DNA of 64,000 nucleotides from a virus. This document shows positions 26,827 through 35,193 of this stretch, piece after piece. Location: IMG/VR virus record IMGVR_UViG_3300027769_000020, positions 27,528-91,527 of that record, one strand, 5' to 3'. The notes beneath the pieces are model-generated. The model had not been told where the DNA came from. It saw nothing but the letters and a program-made list of their open reading frames with translations, and did no database searches. How positions within the stretch are numbered: position 1 is the stretch's first letter; every line of letters starts with the position of its first letter. The translations under genes were made by a program, and so were the position numbers.

Positions 26827-27837
26827 ATGGAATTTACACACGTAGAAGTATTTAATACTAACAAGAGCAACAAGATCTCTATCAAGCCTTACTTTGACAA
26901 CTCAATGTCAAATATGGGATTAGAAAATTATGGTCAATCATTATTTGATGGAGTTAAACATTTTGAACAACTAGCATGTCTAGAGCAAAATGGAGTAATA
27001 AGATATGTAACAGGGTTAAATGAATTTGCACCTGAGATTAAATTATTACCAACAGAACAAAGAGAAGCAAAAGTAAAACAGATTAGAATTGCTGTTGCTG
27101 AATTAGAAAGAGAGTTAGCAGCTAACATATTAGATGTTGAGAGCCCAACTTTCTGGAATGATGTTAAACTATTAAGACCAGACAATAAAGAATTCTGGAA
27201 TAAGATTAACATGTCATGTGGTAATGAACCAGTGTATTTAGACCCTACTAATCCATATGATAGAATTAAATTATATGCTGTTGAAGCAGGTGGATTTTCA
27301 CTTGTATCAAGAAGCTATGATGATGCTAGATCAAAAGCAGTACCACCAAAATTTTACTTAGATAAAGTAACTGAAACAAGTGGTATCAAAACTGAATACA
27401 AAAAACTTAAAAATAAAGCTCTTGCTGAGTTACAAAAATTGTTTGATAAAAACAGTACTAAATTATTTTACATTGCTAAGTCAGTAGATACAGCAAGTGT
27501 ACAGTATAAAAAACATACACCAAATGATGTTATTTATGATAACATGGATAGACATATCAATGGTGAAGGTACAGAAGGTAATAAAGAAAGAGCAGCAAAA
27601 GGATTCTTAGATGCAGCAGCTTTAGATATGGAAACATTAAAAATTAAAGCAATTGTAAAAGATTCCATATTTTTTAAGTATATTATTAATAAGTCAGATG
27701 GTTATATCTATCATGCTAAATCAAATAGCTTGTTAGGTAGAAATGTTTCTGATGTAATTGAGTTCTTGAAAAACCCTTTAAATGAGGATATTTTAAAAGA
27801 CTTAAACACACAAGTTGAAAAAGTGTGGAATATGTAA
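26827..27837 (+). CDS. conserved virion-module protein following MCP
   Basis: 336-aa ORF; synteny with the crAss-like capsid module. Confidence 0.65.
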   Translation: MEFTHVEVFNTNKSNKISIKPYFDNSMSNMGLENYGQSLFDGVKHFEQLACLEQNGVIRYVTGLNEFAPEIKLLPTEQREAKVKQIRIAVAELERELAANILDVESPTFWNDVKLLRPDNKEFWNKINMSCGNEPVYLDPTNPYDRIKLYAVEAGGFSLVSRSYDDARSKAVPPKFYLDKVTETSGIKTEYKKLKNKALAELQKLFDKNSTKLFYIAKSVDTASVQYKKHTPNDVIYDNMDRHINGEGTEGNKERAAKGFLDAAALDMETLKIKAIVKDSIFFKYIINKSDGYIYHAKSNSLLGRNVSDVIEFLKNPLNEDILKDLNTQVEKVWNM

Positions 27838-27846
27838 ACAACTTCA

Positions 27847-27880
27847 GGGTATACTAGTAACCGCTAGTATACTCTTTTTT
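27847..27880 (+). terminator. intrinsic terminator
   Basis: GGGTATACTAG/CTAGTATACTC stem plus T6. Confidence 0.75.
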
Positions 27881-27892
27881 AAATTATAAGTT

Positions 27893-28063
27893 ATGGCAAA
27901 TGCAAAAGTAAATGTTCAAAAAAATGCAACAGGTAGAGTAGGTGGTACTAATGCTCCTGTATATGCATTAAAATCTGCATCAGGTAAATCATGCGGTAAA
28001 GTTAATAAACCTCAAGCTGCACCTAAAATGAAAATGGGTGGAAGCAAAGGTAAGAAATGTTAA
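27893..28063 (+). CDS. small basic protein (56 aa) with MKMGG motif
   Basis: Hand translation MANAKVNVQKNATGRVGG...KMKMGGSKGKKC*. Confidence 0.7.
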   Translation: MANAKVNVQKNATGRVGGTNAPVYALKSASGKSCGKVNKPQAAPKMKMGGSKGKKC

Positions 28064-28089
28064 TTTAATAAACTTTTAAATTAATAATC

Positions 28090-29490
28090 ATGGCAAGTAA
28101 AATAAATCCAAAAGGGATATTCAAGTCTAACTCAAGATCTAAAGGCCCAAATCCAAAAGGTATAAATCCAAAAGGAGTATATAAAGCACCAGCTAAACCT
28201 AGAGTTAATCCAAAAGGAATTAATCCTACAGGTATTGGACCTAATAAAGATGGAATTAATCCTGGAGGAATTAAGAAACCAGTTACTCAATCTAGTACAC
28301 CAAGAACTAGAGCTGGAGTATCTAAAGGAAATACACCAGGTACAGCTGCAAAATATGCTCAAAAAAAACCTATTACACAAACTCAATCTACAAGAACTAG
28401 AGCAGGTGTAACAAAAGGAAATGCTCCTGGTAAAGCTGCAGGTATGAGATCTCAAAAGTTATCTAATCAAAAAATGACTTTATCTCAATTAGAAAATGCT
28501 GCATCTAAAAGATATAAACCATTAGGTGCAGATGAGTTATCTAAAACTAGTAAAACTGTTACTGAAGGTGCTAATAAACTTTTAAAAAAGACAACTGAAA
28601 AAGCTAAAGCTAGCGGTATGGATTTACCTAAAAGTGGAAGAAAAAATGTAACAGCACCTAAAGCTTTTTTTAAAACTGATTTGACAAGATTTAAAAAAGT
28701 AGGTAAAAGAGCAATAATTGGTACTGCTATTGCATTAGCAGGAAAAGCTTTATATGATAAAGTATCAGAAAAAAATAAAGCTACTGCACTTGCTAAAACT
28801 AAAGATGACGCTGCTAAAAAAGCTAAAGATGATGCAGCAAAAAAAGCTAAAGCAGACGCTGCTAAAAATCAAGCTGCTAAAAGTCAGGCTTTAAAAAATG
28901 AACTTGCTAAAAAAGAAGCTGCTAAAAAAGACACAGTTAAAAAATATGCAGGAGTAAAGGACAAATGGGGAAGATCAGCTTCAGATAAATGGTTTGGATT
29001 TGATCCTAAAACTAAAGCGTTTACAACAGTGGATTTACCTAAAAAAACAGAAGTTAAAAAGTCTACTAATACAGTAAAACCAAAACCTGTTACTCCTAAA
29101 CCTGCTCAAGTATCAGAAACTCCTAAAGTTGATAATACAACAGCAAGTACTACAAAAGAAGAAGTAGGAACAATTCCATTAAAAACTGTACCAACAGTTG
29201 AAGCACCAAAAGCTATTTTGTCTCCGGCACCTTCAAAAACTACATCAACTTCTCCAGCTTCCTCAACGCCAAGTTCTAGTACTATTAAAAAACCAGAACC
29301 TAAAGGTGGTTTAATTAATAAGATTAGAGGTGCTGTTAATGAAAGTAGAGAAAGAAGAGTTGGTAGAGCTTTTGGTAGAGGTGATACTGAAAGAGCTGCT
29401 GAACTTGAAGCAAAAATAAAAAGAACAGAAAGTAAAATGTATATGAAAAAAGGTGGTGTTGTTAAAAAGACAAAACCTAAAAAGAAATAG
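28090..29490 (+). CDS. large Lys-rich low-complexity protein
   Basis: INPKGI repeats, KDDAAKKA repeats, one hydrophobic segment, C-terminal MKKGG..KPKKK. Confidence 0.75.
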   Translation: MASKINPKGIFKSNSRSKGPNPKGINPKGVYKAPAKPRVNPKGINPTGIGPNKDGINPGGIKKPVTQSSTPRTRAGVSKGNTPGTAAKYAQKKPITQTQSTRTRAGVTKGNAPGKAAGMRSQKLSNQKMTLSQLENAASKRYKPLGADELSKTSKTVTEGANKLLKKTTEKAKASGMDLPKSGRKNVTAPKAFFKTDLTRFKKVGKRAIIGTAIALAGKALYDKVSEKNKATALAKTKDDAAKKAKDDAAKKAKADAAKNQAAKSQALKNELAKKEAAKKDTVKKYAGVKDKWGRSASDKWFGFDPKTKAFTTVDLPKKTEVKKSTNTVKPKPVTPKPAQVSETPKVDNTTASTTKEEVGTIPLKTVPTVEAPKAILSPAPSKTTSTSPASSTPSSSTIKKPEPKGGLINKIRGAVNESRERRVGRAFGRGDTERAAELEAKIKRTESKMYMKKGGVVKKTKPKKK

Positions 29491-29492
29491 TT

Positions 29493-29831
29493 ATGCCAAA
29501 AGATGCATGTTATAGTAAAGTAAAATCTTCTTATGCTGTGTTTCCATCAGCTAGAGCTTCACAGGCAATTGCAAAATGCCGTAAAGCTTCTGGTACTGTA
29601 AGAAAAACTGAAGAAGGTACTAAGCTAAAAAGATGGCAAGCAGAAAAATGGCAAGATACAAAATCTGGAAAAGCTTGTGGAGCCGGTGGTAAAAATGAAT
29701 ACTGCCGGCCTACTAAGAAAGTATCTAAGGATACACCAAAGACTAAGTATGAACTTACCCCTTCTAAACTAGCTGCTAAGAAAGCTGAGAAGTCTAAAGT
29801 AGGTATGGGTAACAGAGTTAAAAAAGCATAA
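29493..29831 (+). CDS. basic protein (DUF5872-like)
   Basis: DACYSKVK....PSARAS and LKRW..EKW.D...CG...YCRP...TPKT. Confidence 0.65.
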   Translation: MPKDACYSKVKSSYAVFPSARASQAIAKCRKASGTVRKTEEGTKLKRWQAEKWQDTKSGKACGAGGKNEYCRPTKKVSKDTPKTKYELTPSKLAAKKAEKSKVGMGNRVKKA

Positions 29832-29833
29832 CT

Positions 29834-30487
29834 ATGGCAACTCTAAAAACAAAAAAAGTTAAAGTTACTGCAGGTAATGAAAAGCATGTAGTTTATAAAA
29901 AGACTACAAAAACTGGTGAAGGAAAAGTTGGTCATATAATGGTTAACCATCCTACTAAGGATAAAGGTCAGTGGGATACAATAGATCTTACTGCAAAAGG
30001 AAGAGCTAAAACAATTAAACAGGGAGTTGCTGCTACTAAAAAGTGGCATAAAGATAATCCTGATTATAAATATAAAGGTAATACAATGGCAAAGACAAGA
30101 GCACAACAAGCAGCAACTGCAATAGCAATGAAGAAAGCTGGTAAGAAACCTAAGAGTTTACCTAAAGCTCAAACTGGAGGTGGAGTTATTATAACACCTA
30201 AAGGGAAAATAGTACGTGGTACACCTGAGAAAAAAACTATGCCAGGTGGTCCAAGATATACTGTTCAAACTTTAGATACAGCAGGTTACTCAAAAGGTAA
30301 AAAAACTTTTGATCTTACCACTAAACCAAATATATCTATGGATCATGCAGGTCCTATTATTTTAAAGAAAGGTAAACCTGTAGTAAAAGTAACTAAAGTA
30401 CCAAGAGCTAATGTTAATCAAACAATTAGTGACTTGAAAAAAGGTTCTACTAAAACAACTGATCTTAGACCTAAAAAGAAAAAATAA
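29834..30487 (+). CDS. basic protein, apparent fusion of two small genes (internal ATG 30086)
   Basis: Second half begins MAKTRAQQAATAIAMKKAGKKPK; KAQTGG motif; C-terminal PKKKK. Confidence 0.7.
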   Translation: MATLKTKKVKVTAGNEKHVVYKKTTKTGEGKVGHIMVNHPTKDKGQWDTIDLTAKGRAKTIKQGVAATKKWHKDNPDYKYKGNTMAKTRAQQAATAIAMKKAGKKPKSLPKAQTGGGVIITPKGKIVRGTPEKKTMPGGPRYTVQTLDTAGYSKGKKTFDLTTKPNISMDHAGPIILKKGKPVVKVTKVPRANVNQTISDLKKGSTKTTDLRPKKKK

Positions 30488-30759
30488 TGGCAAAGACACC
30501 AGCTTGGACAAGATCTGAAGGTAAAAATAAAACTGGAGGATTAAATGCTAAAGGAGTAGCTTCTTATAGAAAAGCTAATCCTGGTTCTAAATTAAAGATG
30601 GCAGTTACAACTAAACCATCTAAACTTGATCCTGATAGCAAAGATGCTAAAAGGAGAAAGTCATTCTGTGCTAGAATGTCTGGAGTAAAAGGACCAATGA
30701 AAGATGAAAAAGGAAGACCTACTAGAAAGGCTCTTTCTTTAAAAAAGTGGAATTGTTAA
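30487..30759 (+). CDS. basic protein (GGLN.KG...RRKSFCARM family)
   Basis: Motifs GGLNAKGVASY, RRKSFCARM and KWNC, common in aquatic phage proteins. Confidence 0.7.
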   Translation: MAKTPAWTRSEGKNKTGGLNAKGVASYRKANPGSKLKMAVTTKPSKLDPDSKDAKRRKSFCARMSGVKGPMKDEKGRPTRKALSLKKWNC

Positions 30760-30770
30760 ATTTATATATT

Positions 30771-31022
30771 ATGAAAAAGTTAGGATGTGCTAAATGTGGT
30801 GGCACAATGAAGAAAATGAAACTTGGTGGGTCTGCAGTTAAAAAAGCACCTGTTGAAATGTATGGTATTCCTCAAGAAAATATGGGTACTTCTGGTCAAA
30901 TGGGATTTGGTAGAAAAGGTGGTACATTAAAAAAAGAACACCCTATTACTACATTCAGAAAAGCTGATGAAGCTAGAAAAGCAGTAGTAATGAAGTCATT
31001 GTCTAATTTTAAAAAGAAATAG
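30771..31022 (+). CDS. small basic protein with multiple xxxGG motifs
   Basis: MKKLGCAKCGG, MKLGG, GRKGG; ATG at 30771. Confidence 0.7.
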   Translation: MKKLGCAKCGGTMKKMKLGGSAVKKAPVEMYGIPQENMGTSGQMGFGRKGGTLKKEHPITTFRKADEARKAVVMKSLSNFKKK

Positions 31023-31024
31023 TC

Positions 31025-31444
31025 ATGGCAAAAGTTACCAAAAATAAAACAGTTAAAAAGGTTTTACCTAAAGCACAACTAGGGACACTTGTAAAAACAA
31101 TTGGTAAATTTGCTAAACCAATTATTAATGCAACAAAGTCAGCTATGGGGTACAGCAAACCTGCTGTTAAGACTATTACTAAAAGTCCTAAAGTAGTTGT
31201 TAGATCTGTTAATAGAACAGTAAAACCAGTTGCTAAAAAAATTAATTCTGAAGTTGGTAAAAAAGTACTTATAGATAGGCATCATGCTAAATTAGTAAAT
31301 GCTAGCAATAAAACTGATAAAAAAGCTTTTAAGATTGCTGCAGGAACAGCAGCTGCAGTTCCAATTGCAGGTATTGTAAATGCTTCAATAAATAAAGCAA
31401 AAAAACAAAAAGTAGTAACTACTATTAAACCTAAAAAGAAATAG
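31025..31444 (+). CDS. small basic protein
   Basis: LPKAQLG motif; C-terminal KPKKK; flanked by 21-nt direct repeats. Confidence 0.7.
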   Translation: MAKVTKNKTVKKVLPKAQLGTLVKTIGKFAKPIINATKSAMGYSKPAVKTITKSPKVVVRSVNRTVKPVAKKINSEVGKKVLIDRHHAKLVNASNKTDKKAFKIAAGTAAAVPIAGIVNASINKAKKQKVVTTIKPKKK

Positions 31445-31446
31445 TC

Positions 31447-31827
31447 ATGGCATCAAGATCAGTTAAAACATCTTGCAAAAATACTAAAGTAAGATCAGCT
31501 TCAGGTACATGTGTACCTGAAAGACCTACCATGAAAGAAGGTGGTAGTAGTCCATTTGGTATTCTATCTATTATAGCTGGTATAGATAATAATCCTGGTA
31601 AATCACAAGCAGATAGAATTGCTGGTGCAAAAATGAATAAAGCCCGTGCTAATAAAATGGCTAAAGGTGGTTCAGTACATCCAGGTTTTAAAGCTGTACA
31701 ATCTAAGATTGCTGCTAAACAAGGAATTAGTAAAAAAGCTGCTGGAGCTATATTAGCATCATCAACTAGAAAAGCTAGTGCTAAAGCTAAAGCTGCTAAC
31801 CCAAGACTTAAACGTGTAAAAGGATAA
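31447..31827 (+). CDS. small basic protein
   Basis: MKEGG, MAKGG, HPGFKAVQ..IA...AGAILA...R.AS..AK.ANPRLKRV. Confidence 0.7.
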   Translation: MASRSVKTSCKNTKVRSASGTCVPERPTMKEGGSSPFGILSIIAGIDNNPGKSQADRIAGAKMNKARANKMAKGGSVHPGFKAVQSKIAAKQGISKKAAGAILASSTRKASAKAKAANPRLKRVKG

Positions 31828-31830
31828 CAC

Positions 31831-32529
31831 ATGCAAAATAGTGTATTAATAATAAAAGTAAAGCAAAGGCTAAACAAATTAGATAGCCAAGACTATGACA
31901 ACCTTGAATGTTGGCAAGTAGTTGAGGCATTTAATAAATCTCAAGTAGAGTGGGTCAGAAGACAGCTTCATGGTATTAATATTGTGAAAGAAGGTGATGA
32001 GCAATCAACTAGAAGAATAGATGATTTACAATTATTACTGGGCACTATTAATATACCATTTGTTAAATCTGAAATATCATCTTATGCTGACTTACCAGAT
32101 AATTACCTACAGTGGAAACGTGTAGATATTACTGCTAAGAAAGGATGTTGTGATGACAGAAGAATGTCTGTGTATCTTGCTGAGGAGGGTAACTTAAATC
32201 AGTTATTATTTGACAATGCTAAGAAACCTAGTTTTGAATGGGCAGAAACATTTGCTACATTAAAAAGCAATAAGGTTAATGTGTATACAAATAATGATTT
32301 TGATATTACCTCTGGTGCATTAACATATTATAGACAACCGGTACGTATTGAAGTACAAGGGTGTGTTGACCCATATACAGGAGTACAAACAACAACTAAT
32401 GTAGAATGTGAATTTAAAGATGATATAGTTGAATTACTTATTGATGAAGCTGCAAGTGTGTTAGCTGGAGATATAGAATCAGGTAATCAATTCTCTAGAG
32501 GAACAGAGACTGCAGAAAGAAACAATTAA
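31831..32529 (+). CDS. tail ring (tubular/adaptor) protein
   Basis: LNKLDSQ, FNKSQ, RRIDDLQ.L, LTYYRQP and CEF motifs; synteny. Confidence 0.65.
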   Translation: MQNSVLIIKVKQRLNKLDSQDYDNLECWQVVEAFNKSQVEWVRRQLHGINIVKEGDEQSTRRIDDLQLLLGTINIPFVKSEISSYADLPDNYLQWKRVDITAKKGCCDDRRMSVYLAEEGNLNQLLFDNAKKPSFEWAETFATLKSNKVNVYTNNDFDITSGALTYYRQPVRIEVQGCVDPYTGVQTTTNVECEFKDDIVELLIDEAASVLAGDIESGNQFSRGTETAERNN

Positions 32530-32541
32530 TATTTATAAAAA

Positions 32542-32994
32542 ATGGAAAGACCAAAATTATTAAAAAGAGAAGCATCAACATCTGCAGCATCTTACTCAGT
32601 TCCATCTGGGGGATCAGTAGATTCTATGGTAGCTGCATGTGTAAGTGAATTAATGAATGCTGCAACTAGCTTTCATAAATTGCACTTGAAAGTATCAGGT
32701 GCAGGATCATATGCTGCCCACAAAGCATTAAATGAATTATATGATGCCTTACCAGGACATGCAGATGACTTAGCAGAAGGATATCAAGGTGCAGCTGAAA
32801 TATTATTACAATGTGCTGATGTATCTCCAAGAACATTAGCAACACCAGCAGATGCTTTAGCATACATCAGAGACATTACTGCTATGGTATCTGGATTACA
32901 AGCTAAGATGCCTTACTCAGAGATAGTAAATTCTTTAGATACTGTTAAAGACACACTTAACTCAGCTAAATACAAACTATTATTTTTAAAATAA
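32542..32994 (+). CDS. ferritin/Dps-like four-helix protein (DUF5856-like)
   Basis: HKLHL....SYAAHKALNELYD....DDLAEGYQG...KYKL. Confidence 0.7.
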   Translation: MERPKLLKREASTSAASYSVPSGGSVDSMVAACVSELMNAATSFHKLHLKVSGAGSYAAHKALNELYDALPGHADDLAEGYQGAAEILLQCADVSPRTLATPADALAYIRDITAMVSGLQAKMPYSEIVNSLDTVKDTLNSAKYKLLFLK

Positions 32995-33057
32995 TTTTGC
33001 TAAAACAAATAGTTTTAGTATATTATATATATGTTTATAAATTAAAAAACAAAAATT

Positions 33058-34377
33058 ATGGCTTATTTTAATCATGCCTTTCAAAAGGCTTTTGTTGGAA
33101 CAGATGGTTTCACAGACCTTGGTCAAGGTCAATTAGGTACTCCAGGAAACATTTTAGCAACTGGTCAGTTTGCTTTTGTTGATCCAAAAACATGGGAAGT
33201 ACAAAATACTAATTCAGCTCCTACAGGATGTTGCCCATTAATCTTGGCTTCAGGTTCTTTGTATGAGAAAGATAAAGTTGGTTCACATGGTGGTTACTTA
33301 GAATCTAATAAATCTAAGATCATTAACCCTAAGTACATCAACAGATTTTACAGAGTTGATCCTAATATTGCTCAACAAAATGTTATCCACATTGGTGACA
33401 CTCCATTTACAAATGGAACTGGTGCATGTGAGAGAGAATTCTTATGTGATGAGACTTACTCTTTACGTATTGATGTTAAAGGTTCTCCAGCTTTGAGATT
33501 CTTAAATCACAATGCTTACTTAACTGTTGATGCTTACACAGGATGTTGTCCTGCAGGTTCAATTGCTCCAGTAGCAGTTGATGCAACTTTAGTTATGATC
33601 CAATGGGCTAATGCAATTGTTGGTTATACTGAACCAGGTTCAATTAGTTCACCTCCAGTTATTGTTGATGCAGCTAGAACAGTTATCTCTCCATTTGTAT
33701 TTCCAGTAGTTACTGCTGAAGATAAATCTTTATGGTATAAACCAGGAACAGTTACTGCAGGTTTAGTTCCACCAGCTGGTTACACTATTGGTGGTACTTG
33801 GGATAACTATGTATCTCCAGGACATGTTGCTGGTGATTTTGCAGGTATTACTTTATTTGGTGCTTATGTTGGAACAGACTTTAATGACTGTACATTCCAA
33901 ACTTCAGATTTCTTTGAAAAAGAGCCAGTTAAATTGTATGCTTCTTTAGTTGATTACAATGGTGCTCCATGTGAATTTGAAGGATTATGTGTAGAGACTG
34001 AGTGTGAAGGTTTACAAGCAATGGGTCTTGGTGAGTCAGTTTTAAGAGATGTTATCTTATCTGAAAGATACAGACAAAACTTCTTTGCTACTGATTTCCG
34101 TATCAGAGAGGTAACTCAAGGTAACCAACTTTTGAATGTTATTAACAGACAATCTTTATATACAAGATATTACTTGCAACATTCAGTTCCACGTTTTAAC
34201 AACCCAACAGGTACATTTGATAATGACCAATACTTGTTAGAAGTTATTACTGATGGTGCAGATACTGACTTTGAAGATTTTGTTAATGACTGGACTTCAA
34301 ACTGTGGTCAATGTGTAGAATTAGAAGTAGTTGATGCAATCACTGCATGTTCTCCAGTAGTTCCAATTCCTGCATAA
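33058..34377 (+). CDS. abundant virion structural protein (auxiliary capsid/decoration-like)
   Basis: Own promoter-like box and terminator; MCP-like codon bias. Confidence 0.55.
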   Translation: MAYFNHAFQKAFVGTDGFTDLGQGQLGTPGNILATGQFAFVDPKTWEVQNTNSAPTGCCPLILASGSLYEKDKVGSHGGYLESNKSKIINPKYINRFYRVDPNIAQQNVIHIGDTPFTNGTGACEREFLCDETYSLRIDVKGSPALRFLNHNAYLTVDAYTGCCPAGSIAPVAVDATLVMIQWANAIVGYTEPGSISSPPVIVDAARTVISPFVFPVVTAEDKSLWYKPGTVTAGLVPPAGYTIGGTWDNYVSPGHVAGDFAGITLFGAYVGTDFNDCTFQTSDFFEKEPVKLYASLVDYNGAPCEFEGLCVETECEGLQAMGLGESVLRDVILSERYRQNFFATDFRIREVTQGNQLLNVINRQSLYTRYYLQHSVPRFNNPTGTFDNDQYLLEVITDGADTDFEDFVNDWTSNCGQCVELEVVDAITACSPVVPIPA

Positions 34378-34399
34378 GCAGTAAAATTATATTACTAAC

Positions 34400-34435
34400 A
34401 AGGGAGGTGAATTAATTTTCCCTCCCTTTTTTTTT
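34400..34435 (+). terminator. intrinsic terminator
   Basis: AGGGAGG/CCTCCCT stem plus T run. Confidence 0.7.
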
Positions 34436-34443
34436 AAATTATT

Positions 34444-34989
34444 ATGGCACATCATATATTAAGTTTAGAAGTACCAACTGTATTAAATACTTGTATCATG
34501 TCAGTATTAGATACAAGTGTGTATTCAGAATTAATGCCTGTTTCCTGTCCTACATTAAATGTAACAGTTCCAGGATTTACTTACTCAACTCAAATCAATA
34601 CTGTTCAAGGAGCAAATACAATATTGACTGCGTGTGATTTACAATTACAAACTCAAGGATGTGATGGTACTGTACTAAGTGATTTACCTGATGGTATATA
34701 TGCTATTAAATACAGTGTGTCTCCTAATGATATTGTATTTGTAGAGTATAATCATTTAAGAATCTCTAAAGCATTAAATATTTACAATAGTATTTTATGT
34801 AAATTAGATCTTGCTGCATGTGAGCCTTCAGCTACTATCAAGAAGAAACTTGAAGTATTAAAGATGGCTAAGATGTATTTAGATGCAGCTAAAGCAAAAG
34901 TTGAATTTTGTCATGAACCAAATCATGGTATGTCACTTTACAACTATGCATTAAAGATTATGAAAAAATTAGATTGTAAAAATTGTTAA
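34444..34989 (+). CDS. putative tail hub/structural protein
   Basis: LPDGIY.IKYSV.P motif; Cys-rich. Confidence 0.55.
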   Translation: MAHHILSLEVPTVLNTCIMSVLDTSVYSELMPVSCPTLNVTVPGFTYSTQINTVQGANTILTACDLQLQTQGCDGTVLSDLPDGIYAIKYSVSPNDIVFVEYNHLRISKALNIYNSILCKLDLAACEPSATIKKKLEVLKMAKMYLDAAKAKVEFCHEPNHGMSLYNYALKIMKKLDCKNC

Positions 34990-35008
34990 ACCATTAAAAA
35001 CCAACAAA

Positions 35009-35155
35009 ATGGCTAATTGTCCAAACTGCAAAACAAGATTGACATGTGGATGTCAAAAAAGAACTGCTTCTAATAAAGCACAAGTATGCTCAAATTGTAT
35101 TAGTAAATATGAAATGGGTCTTAAAAAAACACAAGTAAATAAAACTACTAAATAG
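35009..35155 (+). CDS. 48-aa Cys-rich protein (CxxC...CGC...CxxC)
   Basis: Hand translation MANCPNCKTRLTCGCQKRTASNKAQVCSNCISKYEMGLKKTQVNKTTK*. Confidence 0.7.
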   Translation: MANCPNCKTRLTCGCQKRTASNKAQVCSNCISKYEMGLKKTQVNKTTK

Positions 35156-35193
35156 AGTTTAATACTGGTAATATAATTTTAAATTAAATCATT

